This document shows, piece after piece, positions 27,022 to 35,692 of a stretch of 42,202 nt of DNA. This DNA comes from Fimbriimonadales bacterium. GTDB taxonomy: Bacteria > Armatimonadota > Fimbriimonadia > Fimbriimonadales > JABRVX01. The DNA is taken from the NCBI GenBank assembly GCA_045862955.1, contig BTVI01000029.1:1-42202 (forward strand). The letters run 5' to 3'. The notes under the pieces are model-generated. The model saw nothing but the letters and a program-made list of their open reading frames with translations. It had not been told where the DNA came from and ran no database searches. Within the stretch, counting starts at the first letter, position 1. Each line of letters opens with the position of its first letter. A program made the position numbers and the translations under genes.

Positions 27022-28275
27022 GTGAGCCGGTCGGCGGAGCATACGGCGCGCAGACGTTTCGGCGTGTTCGACACGCCCCACCCCCTTGCTACTACGGTCC
27101 TTCGTCATGCGGCGGCCATGCTCGGTCGTCCGCCGACGTCGGTGCTGGACCCGGCCGCAGGAACCGGGGTCTTTCTAGCCGAGGCGAAAGCTATCTGGCC
27201 CGATGCGAAGTTCGCCGGCTTCGAGTTGGATGGCACGCGTGCCAGGCTGCTGAGCGGTCTGGGGGCCGACCTGCTGGGTGCCGACTTCCTGGCAGAGCCG
27301 TCACAGCCGCGGTTCGACCTAGTAATTGGGAACCCGCCATGGGTTTCCTACTCCGGTCGCCACGCACAGGTACCTGTCGGACACGTGCCTGCTATGGCAG
27401 GCTGGAGGTCGTTACACTCGGTCTTCTTGCGCCGTGCTTCGGAGTGGGTGGGGCCGCGCGGGGTGATGGCCATGCTGGCTCCCGCGACAGTGTCGTACCA
27501 GGCGGGCTATGCGCCCCTCCGTGCGCATCTCGCCGCCCGCGGCAAGCTCGAGTGGCGGGCCGACATTCCGCAGGGCGGCTTCGCCGGAGTCACGATGCCG
27601 TACGTCGTGCTTCTGTGGCAAGAGGGCACACCGATGTGTAGTCCCCGGACGATGGGTCGGCCGCTTCCGCCACCTGCACCGATCTTCTCCGACCCCGGGG
27701 TGCATACCGGCAACGCTGCCGAGTTGGTGCTTCATCACGAGCCCGCCGGCGACCGTGTGCCCATTCGTGTGGGGCGCGATGTCCGGCAGTTTTCGCTCGC
27801 GTCGCCATCTTTGTGGCTGGAAAGGCCGTCCACCCTACCGGCCGGTCGGTACGCTCGGATCGGCCCGTTAGAGCGCTACCTTGCGGTGCCCATAGTGATT
27901 CGGCAGACTGCATCCAAGCCCATTGCTGCGGTTCACTTCCCTCCAGCGCATTTCCGAAACAGCGTGCTCGGGTGCTCGGGGCTTCCCTACCACGAGCCCA
28001 GCTACGTGGTGGGAGTGCTGAACAGCCGCGTGGCCGCCGCGCTGTACAGGCTGCTGAACCCCGACGCCAGACAGCGGGCCTTTCCTCAGATCAAGGTGGG
28101 GGGGCTCGCCCGTCTGCCGCTAGCCCGTTGCGAGGCAGGCGAAGCCGACATCGAAGAGCCGGTCCGTTTGGCAGAGGAGTGGCTGGGAAGACCGCTAGCG
28201 CACCCTGCGGGCCGCGATGCGAAAGGGACCTCGAACGGCCTCTGGTACACTTCGGATCCCTTCGGCACCCTATGA
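27022..28275 (+). CDS. N6-adenine DNA methyltransferase (gamma class) with TaqI_C-like target recognition domain, apparently orphan
   Basis: GVFDTP (motif X), VLDPAAGTGVF (motif I), FDLVIGNPPW (motif IV), IVIRQ and GVLNSR...FPQIK...LPL. TACACT lies 7 nt before the GTG. Confidence 0.85.
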   Translation: MSRSAEHTARRRFGVFDTPHPLATTVLRHAAAMLGRPPTSVLDPAAGTGVFLAEAKAIWPDAKFAGFELDGTRARLLSGLGADLLGADFLAEPSQPRFDLVIGNPPWVSYSGRHAQVPVGHVPAMAGWRSLHSVFLRRASEWVGPRGVMAMLAPATVSYQAGYAPLRAHLAARGKLEWRADIPQGGFAGVTMPYVVLLWQEGTPMCSPRTMGRPLPPPAPIFSDPGVHTGNAAELVLHHEPAGDRVPIRVGRDVRQFSLASPSLWLERPSTLPAGRYARIGPLERYLAVPIVIRQTASKPIAAVHFPPAHFRNSVLGCSGLPYHEPSYVVGVLNSRVAAALYRLLNPDARQRAFPQIKVGGLARLPLARCEAGEADIEEPVRLAEEWLGRPLAHPAGRDAKGTSNGLWYTSDPFGTL

Positions 28276-28306
28276 AGCGGGCAGCTAGTTAAAGGAGAAC
28301 GCAACG

Positions 28307-29671
28307 ATGGCGTATGCACCGGTAGAGAACATTGTCAACGGCTCTATCACCCAGGAAGCGCTGACCGCGTTTCGCGAGGACTTTCTGAAGGACCCACGCA
28401 ATCTGCTTGCTCGTAACGCCGTCTCCAAGACCCCGGTAGGACAGGTTGCGCTGAATCGTGACATCGTCACGTCGCTCGACCACACCTACTCTATCACCAT
28501 CAAGGTCGGCGAAGCTACTAGTCAAGAGAAGAGCGGGCGCTGCTGGCTGTTCGCGGGCCTGAACACCTTGCGCGTGGTAGCCATGCAACAGATGAATCTT
28601 GAGAAGTTCGAGCTGTCGCAGAACTTCCCGTTGTTCTGGGACAAGTTGGAGAAGTCCAACTACTTCCTAGAGAGCATTCTGCTGACACTGAACGAGCCCA
28701 TTGGGAGCCGACTGCTGAACCACATCTTGGCCAATCCTATTCAAGACGGCGGGCAATGGGACATGTTCGTTAACATTATCAAGAAGTACGGCGTGGTACC
28801 CAAGTCCGTGATGCCGGAGACGGAGAGCAGCAGCTCCACGTGGCCGATGACCGCGAACATTACTGCGAAGCTCCGCGAGTACGCCGCTCGGCTACGTGAT
28901 AGCCATGCAAAGGGTGCCTCTCCGGACAGGCTGCGCGCGGAGAAGGCGGACATGCTGAACGAGGTCTACCGGATGTTAGTGATTCATCTGGGCGAGCCGC
29001 CGCGCGAGTTCGAGTGGCAGTGGCGTGATAAGGACGACAATTTTCACCGCGACGGCATCATCACCCCGCACGAGTTCTTTCGCAGGCACGTGCCGTTCGA
29101 TCTCGACTCGATGGTATGCCTGATCCACTGTCCGACCGCGGACAAACGGTTCGATACGATGTACACGATCGAGTATCTCGGCAACGTGGTAGGTGGTCAG
29201 ATCATTCGCTATCTGAACGTGGACCTGCCCGTGTTCAAGGAGGCTGCGCTAGCACAGCTGAAGGACGGACGATCCGTGTGGTTCGGCTGTGATGTGGGCA
29301 AGGGGCTGGAACGCGAACTGGGTGTGCTGGACACCCATGTGCTCGACTATCCGTTGGTGTATGGTACCGACTTCCGCTTGGACAAGGCACAGAGGCTGGA
29401 CTACTGCCACAGTGCCATGAATCATGCCATGGTGCTAACGGGTGTGGACCTGGACGATTCTGGCAGGCCACGCAAGTGGCGCGTGGAGAATAGCTGGGGT
29501 GACAAGGTGGGAGACAAGGGCTTCCTGGTCATGACTGACCGATGGTTCGACGAGTACATGTACGAGGTGGTAGTGGACAAGAAGTACCTGCCCGAGTCCC
29601 TGCTGCCGGTACTCGATACCGAGCCTGTCGCCTTGCCGCCTTGGGACCCGATGGGTGCCCTTGCGCGGTAA
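28307..29671 (+). CDS. pepC: Aminopeptidase C / bleomycin hydrolase (peptidase C1B)
   Basis: QEKSGRCWLFAG, DGGQW, VWFGCDV, MNHAM, VENSWG and PWDPMGALA. Confidence 0.95.
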   Translation: MAYAPVENIVNGSITQEALTAFREDFLKDPRNLLARNAVSKTPVGQVALNRDIVTSLDHTYSITIKVGEATSQEKSGRCWLFAGLNTLRVVAMQQMNLEKFELSQNFPLFWDKLEKSNYFLESILLTLNEPIGSRLLNHILANPIQDGGQWDMFVNIIKKYGVVPKSVMPETESSSSTWPMTANITAKLREYAARLRDSHAKGASPDRLRAEKADMLNEVYRMLVIHLGEPPREFEWQWRDKDDNFHRDGIITPHEFFRRHVPFDLDSMVCLIHCPTADKRFDTMYTIEYLGNVVGGQIIRYLNVDLPVFKEAALAQLKDGRSVWFGCDVGKGLERELGVLDTHVLDYPLVYGTDFRLDKAQRLDYCHSAMNHAMVLTGVDLDDSGRPRKWRVENSWGDKVGDKGFLVMTDRWFDEYMYEVVVDKKYLPESLLPVLDTEPVALPPWDPMGALAR

Positions 29672-29793
29672 GTGTACACGAGTCCCTGTCCGTGACGTGT
29701 CCCTCGCCCCTGCGAGAGGCTGGGGCACTGACGCCGTCATGCTGAACCCGACGTTATGCTGAGCTTGTCGTCGTGCTGGGCCTGTGGTGTAAG

Positions 29794-30009
29794 CGAGCGC
29801 CCCTCAGCTCCCGCGCCGTCACGCTGAGCCTGTGCAGCCATCGGGTCATCAACCGAGCGCCCCTCAGCGCCCGCGCCGTCATGCTGAGGATGTGCAGCAA
29901 CCGGGACATCAACCGAGCGCCCCTCAGCTCCCGCACCGTCATGCTGAGCCTCGGCAGCCACCGGGTCATCAACCGAGCGCCCCTCAGCGCCCGCGCCGTC
30001 ATGCTGAGC
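29794..30009. repeat. Four 60-bp tandem repeats
   Basis: CGAGCGCCCCTCAGC.CCCGC.CCGTCA.GCTGAG starts at 29794, 29854, 29914 and 29974. Confidence 0.92.
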
Positions 30010-30457
30010 TTGTCGAAGCATGACGGCACTTGCCGCGATCGTGGTATCCGAAGTCGGTAGCGGGCGGTGGTCGGGGTCATGCTTCGACAGGCTCAGCATG
30101 ACGAGGTCTTCCACGAGAATCGGCATGACCTCTGGCTCAGCATGACGTGGTCCTCCACGAGAATCAACATGACCTCGAGCTCGGCTGACGTAGTCCTCCA
30201 CGAGGATCAGCGTGACGGTCCCGGACGGCTGCACGCTCCGACTGACCCATCCCCTGCGGGTGAGTGGGTCACTGGGAAGGAGGCACCGCGCCCACGGCGT
30301 CCCGAACCGTCATGCTGAGCTTGTCGAAGCATGACGGCACGGGCCGCGATCGAGGTATCCGAAGTCGGTAGCGGGCGGCTGTCGGGGTCATGCTTCGACA
30401 GGCTCAGCATGACGAGGTCTTCCACGAGAATCGGCATGGCGTCGGGCTCGGCATGAC
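29998..30457. repeat. Duplicated BIME-like cassette of inverted 27-bp REP-like palindromes plus ~44-bp sub-repeats
   Basis: GTCATGCTGAGCTTGTCGAAGCATGAC at 29998 and 30309, with inverted copies GTCATGCTTCGACAGGCTCAGCATGAC at 30076 and 30387 (period 311). Confidence 0.92.
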
Positions 30458-30467
30458 GTGGTCATCC

Positions 30468-30552
30468 ATGCCTCCACTGCTCCTGCAGGGGAGGCGGTCC
30501 ACACCGGCCGATCTACGCACGGCGGCCTCCCCTGCAGGAGCAATGCAGGCAT
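30468..30552. repeat. Inverted pair of 28-bp REP-like repeats
   Basis: ATGCCTCCACTGCTCCTGCAGGGGAGGC and GCCTCCCCTGCAGGAGCAATGCAGGCAT are reverse complements at 26 of 28 positions. Confidence 0.75.
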
Positions 30553-30588
30553 GTGGGATGGTACGATGACGAACAACAGGGGGAAGAG

Positions 30589-30942
30589 ATGGTAGTAGTG
30601 CAATCCGAGCAACGGCCGTTCGAAGAAGTTGCCATTGAAGGGGCGTGCGGTGCCTACATCAAGGAGCTGCTCACGCAGCGTGAAGGCGCGCCGAACTTTG
30701 CCATGCGCCTCTTCGAGATACGCCCGGGAGGGCACACCATGCATCACAGCCATGCGTGGGAGCACGAGGTGTTCATTCTGTCAGGCACAGGAGAAGTGCG
30801 CGCGGACGCCGGGCCCATCGCCGTGAAGGAGGGGGATGCGGTTCTCGTGCCGGGAGGCGAGACGCACAGCTTCGCGAACACCGGCACCACGCCCTTCCGC
30901 TTCCTGTGCATGATCCCAGTCGAGCAGCCGTGCTGTAAGTAG
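30589..30942 (+). CDS. Cupin-2 domain protein
   Basis: APNFAMRLFE, HHSHAWEHEVFILSG and PGGETHSFAN metal-binding cupin motifs. Confidence 0.92.
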   Translation: MVVVQSEQRPFEEVAIEGACGAYIKELLTQREGAPNFAMRLFEIRPGGHTMHHSHAWEHEVFILSGTGEVRADAGPIAVKEGDAVLVPGGETHSFANTGTTPFRFLCMIPVEQPCCK

Positions 30943-31050
30943 CAGTAGCATCCCCATGCCTCCACCCGCCCCAGGAGTGTGGGTCGGTGAGGAGGCCGGT
31001 GCCCTCTACAGCCAGCATTCCGCATGCGTCAGTCAGGGATTGGAATTCGA

Positions 31051-31188
31051 CCCCCACCCCAACCCTCCCCCTTCCGCTTCGCTCCAAGGGGAGGGAGTTC
31101 TCAGTGACCGACCCTCGCCCCTGCGGTGGAGGAGGACGACCGCGGCTCACCGATGTCTGCTAGCCTCCGCTGCGGGAGCAGTGGAGGC
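31051..31188. repeat. Cluster of C-rich/G-rich REP-like palindromes
   Basis: CCCCCACCCCAACCCTCCCCC...GGGGAGGGAG (31051-31097), CCCTCGCCCCTGCG (~31112, also at 29701) and GCCTCCGCTGCGGGAGCAGTGGAGGC (31163-31188). Confidence 0.6.
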
Positions 31189-31196
31189 GCAAGAGC

Positions 31197-31224
31197 GAAG
31201 AGCAGGCCGAGCGGCCTGCTCTTC
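31197..31224 (-). terminator. groEL terminator hairpin
   Basis: Perfect 12-bp stem GAAGAGCAGGCC/GGCCTGCTCTTC 22 nt after the groEL stop. Confidence 0.7.
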
Positions 31225-31246
31225 GTGGATCTCGACTAAGTGGTGA

Positions 31247-32929
<1,683 letters not shown>

Positions 32930-32983
32930 TCATATCCGAAGAACGCCCATCGGATCCCGTCGGGGACTGGGCGTCACGACCTT

Positions 32984-33274
32984 CTAGCGCTCGTGTACGG
33001 CGTAAATCTGGTCCTCGTCGAGGATGGTGTATTCCTTGCCGTCAATCGTGACCTCCGTTCCGCCATACTTACTGAAGATGACGCGGTCCTTCACCTTGAC
33101 GGACATCTCAGCACGCTGACCGTTGTCGAGCAGCTTGCCGGGACCGACCGCCACGACGACACCCTCCTGCGGCTTCTTCTGAGCCGTATCGGGGAGCAGG
33201 ATGCCACCGGACGACTTGTCCTCGCTCTCCAGAACCTCGACAACGACCTTGTCACCGAGTGGTCTGAGCTTCAT
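32984..33274 (-). CDS. groES: Co-chaperonin GroES
   Basis: [23 protein letters not shown] and KYGGTE. Confidence 0.99.
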   Translation of the reverse strand: MKLRPLGDKVVVEVLESEDKSSGGILLPDTAQKKPQEGVVVAVGPGKLLDNGQRAEMSVKVKDRVIFSKYGGTEVTIDGKEYTILDEDQIYAVHER

Positions 33275-33298
33275 AAGCAGCCTCTCCTTGCCATAGTG

Positions 33299-33325
33299 TT
33301 AGCACTCTCCAGTGTCGAGTGCTAG
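33299..33325. promoter_or_regulatory. CIRCE element (HrcA operator) 1
   Basis: TTAGCACTC-N9-GAGTGCTAG. Confidence 0.95.
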
Positions 33326-33328
33326 ACA

Positions 33329-33358
33329 ACTCTACCCCCGACCGAAAGTCGCAGTCAA
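33329..33358 (-). promoter_or_regulatory. groESL sigma70 promoter
   Basis: TTGACT, N18, TAGAGT on the minus strand between the two CIRCE sites. Confidence 0.75.
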
Positions 33359-33365
33359 GGTCCCG

Positions 33366-33392
33366 ATAGCACTCTAAGGCCTAGAGTGCTAA
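33366..33392. promoter_or_regulatory. CIRCE element (HrcA operator) 2
   Basis: ATAGCACTC-N9-GAGTGCTAA. Confidence 0.95.
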
Positions 33393-33606
33393 GATTTTTG
33401 AGCATGGGGAGCGGCAGGAACAGAGCGGCCAGGCCGTCGGTGCTGGGACGGCCTGGCCTGTGGGCTACGCTGCGAGATAGCCCGTGGGACGAGAAACCGT
33501 CACCGCGCACCGTTGGGCGGTTATGCTGCTAGAACAGCGGGCGGCCATCCCTAGTTCCCCGATTCGCCTGCAGGTTCCGACATCTTTCACGACGAAAGGC
33601 AGACGA

Positions 33607-34281
33607 GTGAACCTGCTTCGGGCGTTTCGAGTGGTTCTGACCACGCCGCGGCTGCGAGTGCTGGCGGTGCGCCCCCTGCTCTGGTCGCTCGCGCTGTACG
33701 TGGTGATGTGGGTGGTCGCCTGGGTCGGACTCTCCTGGCTCGTTGTTCGCTGGACCGGAGCCGAGGGCTCGTTGGCGGTTGTCGCGACACTGGTGAGCGG
33801 CGCCCTGGCACTGCTCGCGGCGACGTGGCTGGCCGGCTACTTGTTCGTAGCCGTTCTCGGGGTGGTTTCGTCGTTTCTGTGGGACGCGATCTCTCGGCAT
33901 GTGGACGGCCCGCGTGCACACGAGCCGCTAAGCGCGATCCGGCTGGTAGGCGACGCGGCAGCACGATTGGCGCTGGCGGGAGTGGTCACCGCAGGCGTGC
34001 TTGCTTGGTCGCTGCTCAGCGGCGGTTCGTTCTTGCCGGCCTTGCTGGGGGCTGCGCTGCTCGGCTTGTTGGACTTCACCGCGCCTGCATTCCTCAGTAG
34101 GGGGGTGACGTTAGGTCGCCAGGTCGGGCTGCTACCGTGCCTTTCGTGGGAGGCTGCCTGGCTGGCACTGGCGGTGGGTGTTCTAGCTCTGTTACCGCTA
34201 CTGGCCGCGCTGTTCGCCCCCGTCTTGGTAGTTGCCGGAACTCTCAGCGTGGCCGCAATCCCCGAGGAGCGGCTGTCGTGA
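33607..34281 (+). CDS. EI24/CysZ-like integral membrane protein
   Basis: LRVLAVRPLL N-terminus, multiple TM helices, SSFLWDAISRHV and LLDF patterns typical of EI24-domain proteins. GTG follows GAAAGG. Confidence 0.65.
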   Translation: MNLLRAFRVVLTTPRLRVLAVRPLLWSLALYVVMWVVAWVGLSWLVVRWTGAEGSLAVVATLVSGALALLAATWLAGYLFVAVLGVVSSFLWDAISRHVDGPRAHEPLSAIRLVGDAAARLALAGVVTAGVLAWSLLSGGSFLPALLGAALLGLLDFTAPAFLSRGVTLGRQVGLLPCLSWEAAWLALAVGVLALLPLLAALFAPVLVVAGTLSVAAIPEERLS

Positions 34282-34796
34282 GGCTGTGGGCCTTACCTTT
34301 CGGGCTATTGCTGTTGGCGGGGTGCGGATCGCCACCCGCTAGCCCGAGGCAACAGAGCTCGGCGCCGCCGGAATCCGCACCGGTGCGTCGCGACAAGCCT
34401 TGGGACGACTTCGAGACCAACCTGGAAAAGGTTTTCGAGAATGGCATCGAGGTATCGAGCAAGGGCCACCCGGGGGGCGCGCCCGCGCAGGTCTACGCCT
34501 CTCCGTGGGCTGCAGATGCTTTGCGTCGGCTGCCGTCGGGCAAGGGCGTCACTTCCTTCCGGACCGGATCGCTGATCGTCCTTCAGCATCCGGACGGCAC
34601 GCTGTACGTGATGCGCAAGCGCCCGCTCGGTCGCTACCCGGACACCAACGACTGGTACTTCGCCCTCGTGCGAGAGGGACGAACGGTTCTGGAATCCGGA
34701 ACTACTAGCGGAGATGAGGTGCAGGAGGCGTGTGCAGACTGCCACTCGACACTTGCGAAGGCGAGCGACTGGGTCGTGCCTCCGCGGCCCCGTTAG
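34278..34796 (+). CDS. Lipoprotein with cytochrome P460-family-like c-type heme domain
   Basis: Lipobox LLLAGC, F..GSLIV, YVMRK....Y.DTNDWYF and C-terminal CADCH. GTGA overlap with the upstream stop. Confidence 0.75.
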   Translation: MRLWALPFGLLLLAGCGSPPASPRQQSSAPPESAPVRRDKPWDDFETNLEKVFENGIEVSSKGHPGGAPAQVYASPWAADALRRLPSGKGVTSFRTGSLIVLQHPDGTLYVMRKRPLGRYPDTNDWYFALVREGRTVLESGTTSGDEVQEACADCHSTLAKASDWVVPPRPR

Positions 34797-34913
34797 TGGA
34801 CCTGGAACTTATTGCAGCAACATCGCGTTGTCCAAATCATCGCGGCAAAGCGTCTGCGCCCCGGCTCGGGGCGCGTGGGCTGCTCCGCGATGAGACAGCT
34901 CAGGAGGAGAATC

Positions 34914-35579
34914 GTGAGAATGAGAATTGCTCTGAAGATGGCGATGGGGGGGATGCTCGTGGCGCTGGTCGCGAGCTCGTTCGCCCAGACGCTGAAGCGG
35001 GCACCTTCCATGGAAGAGTGCACTGCGTGTAAGTACATGATCGCATGCAACCAGGAATGCGAGAAGCGAAACATCGAGACCGAAGAGGTGTTGCTGAAGA
35101 ACGGGATGGCCACCTTCTTCTTTGGACACTCCGAGGCGGATGCCAAGTGGGTCGTCTCCGAGATGAAGGCGTACGAGAAGCACGTCTCCGCACCGGACGC
35201 TCAGTTCTGTGACTTGTGCATGCCGATCGCCAAGTTGGTGATGGGGCCGAACTCCAAGAGCGAGCTCGTTGCAACCAAGAACGGCGCGGTTTGGTTCGTC
35301 ACCTCTACCGATAAGGCAGCGGTGGCGGAGGCTCACAAAGCTCTGAAGAAGATGATGGAGATGATGGGGGCCGAAGGGAAGTCGGAGGGACAGACTACTA
35401 CTCCGGCCAAACCTGTCGCATTCATCGGCAAGGGCGACGGAGTGAAGACCTGCCCCGTGCTGGGCTACCCGGTCAGCAAGAACGTCTCCGTGCAGCACAA
35501 CGGCAGGACGGTGTACTTCTGCTGTGCGGGCTGCGTGGCGAAGTTCAAGGAGAACCCGGCGGCGTACCTAAAGAACTAG
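34914..35579 (+). CDS. Exported Cys-rich protein with C-terminal YHS/TRASH domain
   Basis: SD AGGAGG, signal peptide, CTAC, CNQEC, CDLC, and CPV...HNGRTVYFCCAGC..KF..NP..YL. Confidence 0.85.
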   Translation: MRMRIALKMAMGGMLVALVASSFAQTLKRAPSMEECTACKYMIACNQECEKRNIETEEVLLKNGMATFFFGHSEADAKWVVSEMKAYEKHVSAPDAQFCDLCMPIAKLVMGPNSKSELVATKNGAVWFVTSTDKAAVAEAHKALKKMMEMMGAEGKSEGQTTTPAKPVAFIGKGDGVKTCPVLGYPVSKNVSVQHNGRTVYFCCAGCVAKFKENPAAYLKN

Positions 35580-35602
35580 ACGGCCCCGGCTGCTAGCGAC
35601 CG

Positions 35603-35629
35603 GACCCTCGACGCCCCGCGCCGAGGGTC
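35603..35629. terminator. Hairpin between convergent YHS and RND genes
   Basis: GACCCTCG/CGAGGGTC 8-bp stem, no U tract. Confidence 0.35.
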
Positions 35630-35692
35630 TCGTGCCTGATGGTGGTGCTACCCATCGGTGCGCCATCATCATCGAGGAAGCTACACCGGATA

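Noticed and set aside
29737..30437. ORFs 29737..30234, 29754..30080 and 30207..30437
   Set aside because: They are translations of REP and tandem repeats (VMLSLSKHD, MLRQAQHD), a typical spurious-protein signature.
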